Source of the DNA: Bigelowiella natans CCMP2755
Lineage: Eukaryota; Protista; Cercozoa
Assembly (NCBI GenBank): GCA_000320545.1
Contig: ADNK01000719.1
Coordinates: forward strand, 1-46,841
Direction: 5' to 3'
Length of the DNA stretch: 46,841 nt
Position numbers and translations under genes: made by a program. Every line of letters begins with the position of its first letter. Position 1 is the stretch's first letter. Under the pieces are notes generated by a model. That model ran no database searches, had not been told where the DNA came from, and was given only the letters and a program-made list of their open reading frames with translations. Shown here one piece after another: positions 12,617 to 27,069 of the stretch.

Positions 12617-14994
12617 TCAGCCTGCTTTCTACCTGCTACTCCTCCCAAAGGAATGACGCATAGTGTTTTACCCCAGAGTGCAACTTTGAACTTACATGCT
12701 CCTCGCAACGGTCGGACGCAAGCGGGCGCTACACGTCTCCAAATCGAGGTGGACCTTCCGCTGCATACAGGGGAAGAAGGCGGGCGCTCGCTGCGGTCTT
12801 TTGCGCTCACTGTTCATCCAGGCAATATATTGCTGCGGGCCAAGAAACAGCCACGACACCCCCTAGCTAAGGCTAAAATGCACCTGATAACCCCGCCTAG
12901 CAATGCTCTCATACCGGACCGGAAAGCAGGCGCCGACAGCCTTGTCGACCGAATTGCCATCCGATCACAACGGTTTGCCATTCACCTAGACCTACTGTCC
13001 ACAGGGATGGAGCGCGTGTGCGTGGCAGTGTGGCGGCGAAAGTCGCTCTTGGGCTACTTTTTCATTCCCATCGAGGCACTTGTCGACGGATTCGGCAAGA
13101 GCAGGGACCTGGCGGTGAGCGTGCCCCCGCTCGCGGAGCTCCCAATGTATCACTTGGCTACAACTACTAATCGTAAGGCGGCGCGGCAAGTCATTAAGTC
13201 AGCCGTTATCCGCTTCCCCTACTTCGAGCCTGCTCTGCCTGTCGCGCGAGAAAAAGGCCCGCTCTCCATCTTTCCTGGGGAGCGCGTGAAGCTGCGGGAG
13301 GGCGTGCAGCTGGAAGGGGTTCCCTCGGGATCGTGCGGCACAGTCCTCCGCCGAAGGAAATCCTCACCATCGTCACCGGCATCATCACCCAAAGGGCGGA
13401 ACGCATCCCAGAATAGCATCGTTCGAGAGAAACCTGCTGGCGCATTGGCAGCTGCAGTTAAAGGCGGGATTGAGACGGTGGAGGAGGAGAAGCGAAAGAG
13501 AGCAGCAGAAGGAGAGGGGGGGAATGACAAGACGGCAGACCCTCTTCCGTACAACGGGGATATAGGGGCGGCCATGCGTGCGCGTGATACAGAGGCAATT
13601 CGTCTGCTAATGTGTGCACGTAGAGCGACAGCACCGCCCTCCGCGAAGGATGCTGAAGCAGGGGCAATTCGTGGTAAGGCCAGCGAGGGGAAGGATGATG
13701 ACTCGGTTCCGTCCTTCGATGTGATGTTTGAGACTTTGGGGTCGGTCGGAAGGAAGGCAGAGGTGAGAGGCACTCAAATCCAGCGACTCTGGCGTCCAAT
13801 TCACCCCGTTATTAGGCCGGGAGGGGCGGAGCTCTCGGGGGAAGGCCTCCCCAAGCTCTACAATCCAGTATGGCAAGCAGTCTCTGATCACAGCGCGATT
13901 TTGCGTTTTTTTAGGCTGTGGAGTTGATTGCTCTTTCCCCACCCGTCCCCTGCAAAGCAATATATTCGTAGTAATTTTGGGAGGACGGCAAAAGTTGCCA
14001 GCGCACTCATCTCTCTTGCAGTCTATCATTTTCTGTTTTTCAAAGTCAAAAACCGTCTTCCCATGAGGCAGCATGTGCATTGATGCGTAGCATAGATGGC
14101 AGATCCGCGCCTTGTTTATGCTATAATTTTATCAAGGAAGGAGTGAGGCAATTCGCATCACGTTGATATCGCCGGTTGTCGGTTTCGATTCGGCCATGAA
14201 ATACCCCCTTTATTCAGGTGAAAACTTACACTGTCGCCCCCCCCCTCGTTGAGTCCCACTTCGCTGGGTGGAGCTTCAAGTCAGGATCAAGCATAGATCA
14301 GCACGTGGTTTCCATAGAGCTTCATCACGATACGGGAAGGGAGGCGGAGGAGAAAGGTATTGCGGCTTTAAGGGGCAATACGAATAGGGAGGCCGGGAAG
14401 TCAGAGGGAAAACCAGCTCGCACGAACTAGATGCAGCATATTTGCTCGATAAAAACAAATCCCGCAACAACCTTCTCCCCCTTCCTTTCCCCAGTGTTGG
14501 GTCGATTAGAGATAACGCTTGGTGGGCGTCTGGCTCCGGTGGGATCTATCACTGATCGCTGGTATCCGTTACAGCACCCGAGGAATCCGACCTCACGCCT
14601 ACTCCATCCACAGCCGCTCATTCGTGTGCGAATCGAGTCCCGCCCCGCCCCCGCCCCCCTCACGTGCTGTGTGTGCTACGACGAGTTTTTGCCAGATACC
14701 GCGCACTATTCGTGCGCGATGAACCCCGCGGGCCATAGCCTGTGCCGGGGCTGCTTTGTAGACTTCGTCTCGAGCGCCTGCGACCATTACATGGGAGGGG
14801 AGTTCCCTGTCCGTTGTGCGATGGGTTGCGGTCAACTAGTCCCGGAAGATGACATTTATGGTGAGAGGAAGAAGAAGAAGAAGGAGAAAAGCTCTTCATT
14901 GAAACCGACATCTGCCAGCCTGTACCCTCCCAACGATGAATACAAACATCATTTATCTTGTCTGTTGTCTCTCACGAACCCGGACTTCGTTGCT

Positions 14995-15067
<73 letters not shown>

Positions 15068-15071
15068 AAGT

Positions 15072-15115
<44 letters not shown>

Positions 15116-15600
15116 CGACCACCGTCAGGAGAGAGAGAGAGAGAGAGAGAGCGATAAAACGAAGAAGAGGGGGTTCGGTAACCTCTGGGATCGGTATGTG
15201 TGGACGTCAATCCAGGTGTCATTCTAGCAGCATCGTTTTTTCTTGTCTCCCCCCCCCCCTCCCTATTGACGGATATCTGAAACAAATAATGTACATAATT
15301 CATTTCCCTTCTCCCCCTTCCCCCACCACCCAATTTCATCAATGTCTGAAACGTTTAAAACAGGCGGGACTAAACGGTACTGGGGAGGCGGCACCCAACG
15401 AGTTCTCCTCCCTGGTTCTCACCTGCCAAAATGCCACGAGTACCACGAATGCTTTCCACCCCACTACCATAAAATGGCCAGAGAGCTGTTCCACAAATGA
15501 TCTGATGCCTCAGCCCTAGAGGTTAGTGGGTGGTTATGTCGGTTGTGGAGGAATCACGGCGTTGTCCTTGTAAACCAAAAGAAATATAACTTTGGATTTT

Positions 15601-15647
<47 letters not shown>

Positions 15648-16569
15648 TTATATATTTTGCGCACACGTATGATTTATACCGAGTATGATGGAGCTAGTTC
15701 GCCATTCGTCATTTATGCTACACTGAGGTGGGGCCCCCCCCCCCCCCCCTCCTGGCGCTACAATCCCCCAGGTCAAATACCTATTCCACGTCCGCCAGCA
15801 AAACTTCTGGCGCCGATTTGCCAGGGAGCAACGAGTAGTTCGCCGGCTGAACTTCTTGGAAGAGGTCAATTTTCCAACACGACTACACGGAAGTTTTTGT
15901 GGCCCCTCATACCTCGCAAAATCTACTCTTTCCCCACAGGAGCGAGTGAAGCGCGCCAAGCAGCACCGGGCGTTCGTAGCTGCGATGAAGGCAAGATACA
16001 AGGAGTTCAAGAAGGACCACTGGATGTTCTCCGTCTGCCGGAGCTGCGGGCTCTGCAGGCGCATTTACCAGCTTATAAGCGAGACGTGCCACGCGGCCGG
16101 AAATCGCAGACACACCGTCGATGATGACGTTCGGGTCCTCGATGTGAAGCGAGGGCATTCGATAATACCGGACTGGTACTTTGGAGGACGGAACAAGGAC
16201 GGGTACATCTCTGCCATAACCAAACGGATTGGCATCGGGCGCAGGGTGAGGGGGGGGGGGGCGAGGAGGGAGAAAATTTATCGTGTGCCTATTGGCTGTT
16301 ATGGCTGTGTCTGATGCGTCTTGCCCTCCTCCTCCTCCTCTTCTGCAAACGTAAAAAGGCTTAAGATTCGAGTGTCAAAAAAGGCCTCTCTGCTCGGGAT
16401 TGGTGGCTTGTGCTCAGCATCAACTTCCAATGTGGACATCTTCGTGACGGAGGGGGTCAACTCGATCGGAGATGAAGACAAGCTCCTTTGTCACTGCAAG
16501 CGGGTAGAGAACGTTCAATATGTTGTGACAAGAGCGCGCTATTCTTGCGTCGATGTATTATTCTCATTG

Positions 16570-16605
<36 letters not shown>

Positions 16606-16641
16606 TTATACATATATATGTGTGTGTGTGTGTGTGTGCAC

Positions 16642-16673
<32 letters not shown>

Positions 16674-16674
16674 T

Positions 16675-16713
<39 letters not shown>

Positions 16714-16943
16714 ACGTATATAATATGAAGCGAATAGCAAGAGTATAGACATTTGTGTGTGACTTAGGTTATGGTTTCCACCGGAAAGATGGAAAAAATC
16801 CACACTCTCATTTTAGATAGCGGAATTCCTATGGAGCCAAACAAATGGTAGGTGGGAACAGCTATATGGGGCATTTGGTGTCATACAGACCATATCTGCA
16901 CACGCAAACACACACATACACACACACACACGCACACATACAA

Positions 16944-16988
<45 letters not shown>

Positions 16989-17099
16989 TAGTTATAATCT
17001 CTTTTAATCCAATAATGCTTCAAATGAAAAGGTATAAGGTCGCTATCATTCAATCAGGAGGAGAGGCTTATTATATGGACAGGGTACCACACATAAATT

Positions 17100-17150
<51 letters not shown>

Positions 17151-18527
17151 AAATATAATATACCCTAGATAAATGCAGAATAGAAAGAACAATAAGATAT
17201 CTTGGATTTTGTGTGCACCACCGTAGCCGTCACCGAGCCGCCAATTCTTTGAAAATGGCGCAACCGTAATGGTATACGATGTGCGCAACCCCAATGGCGA
17301 AGATGTCTTGCTCGAGCTGCAGGTCACCCGCAACGATGAGAGCAACAACGGCACCTCCCCCAGCTCTGGGCAGCTCCCCAGCTTCTTTTTCATGGTGCCG
17401 AACGAGCATCAGAAGAAGACCATGAAGGCGGATACGGAAGAAAAGGAGGAGAAAGAGGAGAAGGAAGGCGGGAAGGAGGAAAAATATGAAAAGGACCTGG
17501 AATCGAAGGCGGCCGCCCCTCCCTTGTTTGTCTGCGTGAAAAAGTTTAATGGGGTCAACGATGAAGTCGACTCGGAGCTGCTGAAACTAGCGCCCGGCGA
17601 TGTCGTGCTGTGTGTGCGAGACAAGAAACTACCCGGGAACCTCGATCATGTGCAGCTCGTGGAGCTTGCCGATGAAGAGAAAAACGCTGTGTTCCTGCAG
17701 GAGGCGGAACGGGATGCCCCTCGAAGGGGCCTCTACCCGGGCGAAATGCTTCGGCGCGTGAAGGAGGGAACTCGTGAGCATGTGCGCCTTGTAGGCGTAT
17801 TCGACAAGTTGAAAATTCGCTACGACAAAACCCTTGCGGAGACTGGCTTTCGGCTGGGAAAGAGAAAGCAGAGGAAAGGGTGTGGGGCGAAGGGGGCAGG
17901 TAATGCACGAGTGGTAACAACATAACGCAATATAGAGAAATCATTCTATAGCTAAATTGTGACATTCCGATTTCGGCTTGACGCCCGTCTAAGAACTTGC
18001 CAACTACTTCCTTCTTGACTTGTTTTCCCTTACGATTCTGTGCTTTAAGCTGCTTTAGAGGAGGCCTCACTCGATAGCAATCTTGCGGCTGGCGGCCGCG
18101 TCAAACCAGGGCTATATGTCGTACGCAAGGGAACGCCTTCGTCGGAACGAAAATTCCTTAAAGAATCACAAGTTTTAGACAATCTCGCCATAGCTACAGG
18201 GGACATTGTGGAGGTGGTCGAGCCAGGCTCAGAGCCGACGTCAGGTGAAACCAAAGTGCGTTGCTTTGGCTGCGAGCGTCCAACATGAACCACGTATAAA
18301 TTATCAGAACGGCCAGAGGCAAAGGATGGTTGCGTGATCGCGCGGAAGCACCCGTTGATGAAATTCCAACGGTCGTTATATGATAGAGTGGAGACTTAAG
18401 TCGACTGCCTTTGGAGGAGGGGGGGGGGCGGGAGATATGGAAGTAAACTTGTTTGTTACCTAATTAAACTGGGAACAGTTTTTCGTGCTACACATTAGAT
18501 GGAGGCATATCCAAGGAGGAGAGAGGC

Positions 18528-18583
<56 letters not shown>

Positions 18584-19041
18584 TGTGTCTATAACTTCCC
18601 CGGTTTATGATTCAAGGGGAACATTCGCATTGTTCCTTGTGCGGCTGATGCAGAGCTCAGCTCTGCATTTTGGGAACTCATTATCGTTCTGGTCTGATGG
18701 TTTTTTATCCTTGTTGCTGCTATGTTGCGGTTTCCTATCTTCTCTCTAGATGGTGGCCTGGAGATTCCACGATACGTCTTAGTAATGATTATCGTGCCGT
18801 GATGTCTATTGACGGCGTGAGGCCCACCACTACCATCGCAGAACTGCGCAGGAAGATCGCCAGTAAGATTGGGTCAGAAAGGAGATTTGTGCTCTCCATT
18901 GGAACGAAGTTTGTCCCCCCTCAGCTCGACGATATTCCTGTATGGCAGCTAGAGTTTTTTCTTTGTGGTTTCATAGCATTAATCCCCTCCCCTCCCCCCT
19001 TCCACCTTTTTGCCCTTTATTTGCCGCCGTCGGTCTGTCTT

Positions 19042-19075
<34 letters not shown>

Positions 19076-22000
19076 CGTGTGCGTTTTTGTGTTTCTATGA
19101 GCTGCAAATGAGCAAAAGACTTAGCACTTTTGGTTTCGTTTATTCATTCTATCGGCCGACATTACTGAAGCAAATTGAAGGGAAGAGAAAGAAATTGATT
19201 GACTCAAAATCATACGGAGCACTTTCACGCCGAATTCGCTCACCAATTACTGTTTCCTTGGGGAACAGGTGGCGATGGTCGGAGTCCATCCTTGCCTACA
19301 TAACCTAGTTGTCCAAGTGATCGACAAAATTAAGGATTACGTACCTCATAAATTGCCTCTCGCAAGCTCTGGTAGTTTTTCTTCTCGTTAGTCCTGACAT
19401 TCGTCCGCAAAGGGTTTCTTATGCGTATACATGAGACCAGTTCATGGGGTTATAGCTCTTCACCTCTCCACGCCTCGCCCCCCGCACTCTCCCACATATC
19501 TCTCTTGTTTCACACGCATACTCACACACACACACACGCCCACTCATACTTAACACACTTTCTCTGGACAGACAAGTTGGAGGCAAAATCCTCCCTCAAA
19601 TTGACGGACACAACAGTTCGCTTTTTGGGACCTCGGCCACGCTCAATAGCCTTTCATCAGGTAGGATGTGGGTGTGAATGAAGCGGTGATGGCCGCTTTG
19701 CATAGCCATCGATCTGAATTTTTATCATTGCCGAAAACTTCTATCGAGTTCTTCCACAAAACGCACAGTGTGAGACTTGTGTCTTTTTCCAGCTCCGAAC
19801 CGTCGAAGATCTGGTGCTGGCTATTATGGACGTGTTTGAGACCAGGACGCTCTATGGCTACCTCATCCACGAAGGAAGGAAAATCCCCCTTCACATCGGC
19901 CCGAGCAGTATAGTCTGTGGCGGCACCAAGCGCCTCGGGATTGATCGGAAATATGCAGGAATTTCCCTTGACGCCCTCTGCAAAGAGCAAAGCCCTGTCC
20001 TTCAATCTATATTATATATAGACCTGATGGCGAGGTTTGAGCAAGTTGAGACGGATGACGTTGTGGCGGTGAAAGGCAGGGATGAGGGGAAGACTGTCTC
20101 ACATTCAACGCCAAAGAACTGTGATGTTGGGTGGCTGCCTGATCCTCCTCGTGTCGATGAAGTCTTTACAGGGCCCCAAATAACCAAATTCACCCCGAAG
20201 GATTTCATATTAGAAGGTGATATCCTTTCGTCTAGACGACAATATTTGTATGTCTCTCCTGTACCTTTGTTTGGGAAGTTTTCCCTCCGTCTCGAGTTCT
20301 TGCGAGCGAAGAAATCAGATGATTTGCTGGCGGAGATTGGTTCACAGTTTGGTATGTCATAGATAGCTCTCTGAATAAATGTCCTGGAATGTGTTTAATT
20401 AATGATGCTTATCCCAAATGTGTAGTTCGCATGATAAAAATATTTGCACACGAATTTTTCCCTGCGACCCTGTGGATACATCGATTGGGGAGAGGCCATA
20501 GATTCTTTCTACTTGAGTATCATGATGATCCTGAATGTATGGAAGGCCCACACTTTGAACCATACACTCACTTGAAAAGGACTATCTCTCACGTAACACG
20601 CGTTGTGTATGCGCCTCGCTGCTTTTGTCGTCATTGCAGAATTCGACCTCAGATTGATCACATCGAGAGAAGTCTTCAGTCTGAAGAACACCTTAGAAGG
20701 AAGGAGGATAGTGGAAGGCGATAGCATCCGCATTGACATTGATGCTCCCAACCGAATGGTCATGGTTCTGCACCGCTATCGCAAAGACCAGACCGATGGG
20801 AAGGAGGCCACCAATTACGGCACCGAGGCTTTCTCTGTTCCTTTCGATAATTCGGTCATCATACAGAAGAGTAATCCTGAAAGCCTGAGAATCACGGTGA
20901 ATGGATTCGCTAGCGTCGATCGTTACTACGGAAACTCCTACAAGATCAGAGCAAATTTAGAAATGCCCACAGACTGGACGGAAGGCTTTGTTCCCGAAAG
21001 CTCGCTTATACCCCTCAAAGATGTTGAAGACCGTGCGCTAATAAAGGCAGCACAGCAGCGCTACGGGGCCCTCATAAAGGCGAAGGGCTCCAGTGAAGAA
21101 GAGCTACAGGAACCATCAATTGAGATTCGTGATGCGAGGAAGATGGTTGCCGCCTTTCCTGAAGCACGCCTCTATTGTAGCAACGGGTCGGTCTTCTTCG
21201 CTTTGATCGCCTTTTCATTTAGATGTATAGTGGTTGTGGCTTCCTTCCTTCCATCACGCACCAGATTTATTGTTCGGTAGCGGCAAAACTAACGGTGAAT
21301 AATACGGTAGGTGCCATGATCGATCGACGTTTCTGCAAGGGCTGTCCTTCTACTCCTCCATTTGCCATCGCGCAAAGGGAACAGTTCACAGCAAGTCAAA
21401 CTACTGCTTGGTGTGCGGAAGTAACTCTTCCGCCATACACGCTTGTTGTGGTGGATGCGACTTTCACACTGGTAACGGATCAAAGTGTGGGGGTCATGAA
21501 TCCGATGTGATGGAAGCGAAGTTCTCGGTGCGGTAGATTCATTCCCTAATTATATCTTCGTAATTTCAATGCAGCACTAAGGATGTCGATGGACATGCCG
21601 CTTTGTTTGTCAGGTTCCTTCATGTAAGCCGCATAAAAGTCCTCCTGTAAGGAAGGATTTCAATGCGTCCGGAACACTTATCAAAGTCACTGCCAGTGGT
21701 AATCTTAAATTCAGCAAAACGCACGCGTATGCACGGCACGCACGCATAAATGGTGCACTTCATCGTCCCACACATCTCGTTGTCCGGTGCTGCCATTTTA
21801 GGCCTTGCGCTTACCCATGTGAAAGTCTTTTGCCGCACCAAGCGTGGGGATTCGATCGTAGAGTTGAAAGTTTCTCTGTGGGACACTTCCGCGAAGAAAA
21901 TGCTCGATTTCGGAGAGTATGATCCTCAGAAGAAAACTGAGGTGGCAAAGGAGGCCAAGCAAAAGGGAAGCAAGGTGAGGGCATTGTCTTCGTAAAAAGA

Positions 22001-25000
22001 GTCTTGTTGTTGTTACCCACCTTGCTATCGCTAGTTTTAATTCCTTTGAAACCTATGGTAGATTTCTATCGACGATGTCGCTGTGACTGTGTACATGAAA
22101 CGAGGATTCGTCCTGCAAAAAGGTGTCAAGTACGCTCTGATGGTTACGCAAAAAGATGGGGTGTTCGAACTTGAGTCGGGCATGAAGACGCCGGGTGTTG
22201 GACATTGCAGTTGCAAACAATGGTCATGCAAAGTTACATATCCGGAACAGCTACGAAGGCACCCATCTGGCGAGTCATCGTCGGCGTGGAAGTTTGATAC
22301 AAGCCAAAAACTGAATGTACGAGCGCCTTTTTTTTTCAGTTTATTTCATATTTGCTTCTTCTCACTGTAGTCCGATTTAAGTCCCCCTCCTCTCCCTGCA
22401 CCAAGAATAGCTGCCGTAGTTATGTTTGTGATTTTATATTTGGCATTGTGAAATCTACGAGAAGACAACCCTTCCTTGAATCTAAGTGAAAAATATGTTC
22501 GCATTTTGGTCAGTTTTTCAGCCGAACTGGTCCTGTCCAATGCTGCTACTTCATGCTCGGGCACCATCCTCTCCCGGACGATGCCGAGAGTAAAGAGGAC
22601 ACAAACGACGCCACGGATGAGAAAGGCCTCACTACCCTCCCGCCATATTCACCTTCCCAGCTCTGCGAGGTTTGCATGTTCAAGGGAAAGCCCGACCGCA
22701 ACAATGAGACGAAATGCTCTATCTGCAATTGCTCGACCCAAATGACCACGGCTACTCATGGGACGCAGCGGGTCACGCCCTACAGAGACTTCACGACTCT
22801 TGAGAGAGTCGAGTGCTGGCAATGTGGCTACAAAAGTCTTGGCTTTGTCCCCGAGTGCTGTGCATGCGGCGCAAAGACGAACTTGAAATTGGATCAGCGG
22901 GAAATCACCAACATGGTCCTTCCTCGGAAGGGCCATGGAACAGCCCTTTTCATCGCGGTGAAGGATGGCGTAACCTCCCTTTCCAACCGCGGACGCCTCG
23001 AGCTCATCCCAGGAAAAAGGGTCAAAAACCATATTTATCTCGAGTCGCTTCGATTCAGGTGGTACAGCCATGCCGAATACGCTTTATCAGCCAACGCCTT
23101 GTCGCAGTGCTGTTGATGAAGAATATTGATTTTGACTTTGATTACTTTTACTTTCCCCTGCACTCCAAACCAGGAAAGGGGATGTGATTGAACTAGTGGC
23201 TGCTTTTGTGCCGGGGCCCGGGAACAGAAATACCTTCGTGGGATTGAAACGGCGCGATTTGTACAATTCAGGAGTGGGCTCCGTCGGTTTGCTGAGGAAA
23301 GATGCGGTGCTGCAGCATTGTCACGAGGACACCGAACTGTTTTTCCCTCCATATTTTATCTTCGCTTTGTACCCATACCACTGCGGTCTTATTATTGACA
23401 TGTTATTATTCTCTATGATACATTGTGGGCGGTTCAGGTGCGGCTCACGACCGTTGAGGAACGACTAGTGCTGCTAGAGCAGTTCGAAAGAGCAAGGACT
23501 GAAAACTATATTCCAATGCGAGCACGAAGGGCTTTTGCTACGACCGAGAAAGCCTTAAAATGTAGTGCATAGTTTTCTCAATCTTCCCTTATCTTCTTCT
23601 CATTGGTTGGTGGAAGAAACACAGATGATGCTCATAATTCATGCATTTGCTTCTCGATAAGAGTTGCCGATATCATTATTATGCATATATGTAAATAATA
23701 TATATATATATATATATATACAAATTCCCTTAGGTACTACATGCAGTGAGGTGGGGCCTATGTCCCTTCTCCACCGCAAAACGTGCCTCCCGTGCGTCAC
23801 AAAGGATGGGGATGGGAAACGTGATAACAGCAGCAAGGACTCGAAAGAAACAGCACTGCCATCAGCTATCCACAGCAATGTCATTCACGCCGAGCACCAA
23901 ATTAGGCTCGCAACAGGGAAAATGAAGCGGGACGACGAAAGAATACCGCGACCTGCTCGGATGGAGATAACGATGGGGAAGGCAGATAAAGACGAGAGCA
24001 AAAGCGTCGTCCAGAATGGGATGTACGTCAGTGGGATTGCGGTAGACCTGAGTGCAAACGATATGAAAAAGAGTAGGTACCACACCAACGTCACCCTAGA
24101 GGTCGAGGTAACTTCGCCAACTGGAAGAAATAATAAGGAAAGAGCTGTTCTCATCAGGCCGAGGTAGAATGATTATGGCATCTCAGAGCAACACGAGGGC
24201 CGCCGCACACAAATATCAAATAGGCCGCCGCACACAAATATCAAGAGAATAAAAGCAGAGTTACCGAATTCTTCATACACGTACTCTTTGCTCTTCTCCC
24301 TCCTTTTGCCTTTAGGAGTACTAAGGACACGCCGGAATGCGAGCATTTAAGTCTGGCCATCAGCGAAACAGAGTTTGTCCACAGTTTGCCAAAAGGAAAG
24401 GAACCAGGGCCAATGGTACAGCTCACCTGTGAGAAAATAGCACGCTGCATATAGATATTATGATAATAATAATAATTAGCGCATACATATCTAATATCAG
24501 CCCATGGTACTTCTCAGCTGAAAATCTTTAAACATACAGAGAGAAGTTCACCCCCAAAAACTGCTTGGTTGAGAATGCCTGTATAACCACGTATCTATTA
24601 ACCACGTATCCGCTACCCAGATGAGATGGGAAAGGGGAAAGGGATCCAAATTCTTTATAAGGCCACCATTAGCCTCTGAAGAGGATGTCAGTGTTATAAA
24701 CTGGCTATCAAAGAGAATGAAAAGGTCGTTTTATCACCCAAAACAATGTGACATTTCACAGGTCGTTTGAAATCAGGTGATCGTTTAGAAAATCAACTTG
24801 CTAGTTCTTATTCCGCATGCGATGAATTTTCGTACCAAAACCTGCTCATTTCAAAATCTGTACAGATTGCCCTCGGCAAAAACCACCGTGGCCTATTTCC
24901 AGATGAATAATGGATTTGTTCAATCATATCAGGGGCGCTGAGCTTGTTAGCATCATTGACGAAAAGGGTCGGTACCTGACCTCCTACGCTGGTGGAGGCA

Positions 25001-27032
25001 AGCCTGCGTGCATGATGGAAGCCACGGAAGAGAGCAAATCTGAAGAGAGGTTTCGCAAAAGTGCGAGCTTCGCTATGGAAAAGCACAATGTAGAATCTGG
25101 AAGCTTCTCGCTGACCGCTCTCATTCCTGATCATGGTGGGCTCCTTGTTGACATAGTTTCGCTCGGTCTCGCTGCGATGCCATAGAGTGCCCTCACAGAG
25201 GAGTTTTTCCCCAGCAAACTTCCTTAGCCATTTTAATTTTTGAACCTTGAAGACCTTTGCCACTGAGTCTAAGTATGCCCCATTCCCCTCTCCCCCCCCC
25301 CCTCCCTATGTATTGCTGCTAGGGCGGGCATTTTTGCCATTCAACCCGGACATCGCGCTAACCGTTCAATCGTACTGTGAGCACTCAAGCAAGTTTTTCA
25401 TTCAAGACTACGTCGACACCAAGCAGCTCTTCCTCGAGGAGGGTCTTGGTTTGCAAGGAAAAACCAAGTCGGGTGGACAGGCTGCAGCAGCGGGGAGCTT
25501 TTGCTTCACTTTCCCTTCCATTGAGGCGCTCCCTCGCATCCCCCACCCGGTCGTGCCCGGGGCCGGGGATGATAATGACGACAAGAAGAAAGAGTCAAAG
25601 AAACAGAAGAAGAAGAAGAGGAAGAAAAAGGGGGGGAAAGAGAATAGCACAAACAACAGCGAATGCGTCCGCTTGTCAATGAATCCTCCAGTATTCCTAC
25701 CTCCGGGTGCAAAGGCAACGTTCCGTTGCTACCCGGTTTGGAATCGCCAACCATGCAAGCCATTTGAAGGCCCTCGGACATATCGAATCGGTCGCAAGCT
25801 TGGCCAAGCAAACATGTCCGATAATGGCAGTGAAATGTCGGGAGGCACCTTCTCACTGACCGCCACGGATAAGCGCATCACTCATATCTTCGTCGTCGCA
25901 GCGGACGGCAGAAAGGAGCCAATCCGTGAACGAAAAGGACAGCATCTTCGCCCCGACAACGTTGCCGTCAGGGGGGGCGACAGCAGCCGATCGTCAAGAC
26001 AATGGTTTCGTGTCTCACGCCCCGTCTTAACTGAGCGGCGCTACTTTCTAATTCGAAAGGCTATGGTGGCAGGACTGCGAGTCGGGGACGTTCTCTTTCG
26101 CGACCAACTTCGACGAGGCCATTCCGAGGCCAAAGAGCAAGATGGAAACCTCCTCCACGTCTATCGGCCGACATTCTTAGCCTCGCACCATGAGTGTTTA
26201 GCCGGACGCCATTCCCTGAAAGCGTCCCGCGTCGAGAAATCGTTTGTCTGCCGCTACGGCGAACACAAGCACGAAGCGGGTGTAATTATCGAAAAATGTA
26301 CAAAATGCGCGTATTACCGATGTCCGCGACTAGCCTTGACGTCAAAGCCCCTGGGCGGAGAGACACTTGTTCCCGCTACTCCTCGATACCATCCCGCGTT
26401 TCCAGGGAGGGTCTTTCAAAGGTGGAGGCACAAGTGGGGCCAGGGAGCACTTCGGTGCGCCGTGAGCGGGAAGGCCATCAGACCTGGCGAGGCGATCTGG
26501 GTTTCGCAGTTCGAAGAAGATGACAGGCCGTATAAACAGTAAGGCTTGCCTTTTTTCTTCGCCATTTCTCGCACATCATGTCTTGGTATTTTTTTGCATG
26601 AGGGAACTTATTTTGAGAGAGAGGGAAAGGTGGCAGGCAGTACCATTTCAAAGAGTCCCATACTCTTAAGTCAGATCGAACCCTCCCGCCCCCTATTTCG
26701 AGAATCTCGTTCAGCAAACCATACATCACCAAAATTGATCGTGCTTTCGAAACCGCCGTTTTGTGTGATTCCGGACAGTCTCTGCGTTGTTTGTTTGCAT
26801 GTGTGTTTGCGCGCTCGTATCATGGTCATTGGCGGTACAACATTGTCGATAAGTTCTTCCATATATTTCGCTTCATTACATAACTAAGGTATAACTTCCC
26901 AACAAAGTTGATGAGACACCACTACCGCCAGAGATATATTCGGTAAGGGTATTTTACACGTAGAGCGGTGGTTGAGAAGAACAATAATTGTACATTAATC
27001 CCCCGCTCCACACTTAACCCTCGCCAGTTGTC

Positions 27033-27069
<37 letters not shown>

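Noticed and set aside
14958-15342. ORFs with poly-YI, poly-CV, poly-LS, poly-RE or poly-HT (here and throughout the window)
   Set aside because: These are translations of intronic microsatellites, not proteins.
15460-15840. PARP-like N-terminal segment (ELFHK..LEVKYLFHVRQ..FW)
   Set aside because: No PARP catalytic H-Y-E motifs follow; the segment is better explained as the RING1-IBR linker.
18616-18750. Extra exon that would create a TGA across a splice junction
   Set aside because: Direct splicing from 18371 to 18750 gives QR|WWPGDSTIRL, which completes the SH3 domain with no stop.
24903-24932. In-frame TGA after the acceptor at 24902
   Set aside because: A downstream CAG acceptor (~24932) is phase-compatible and avoids it.
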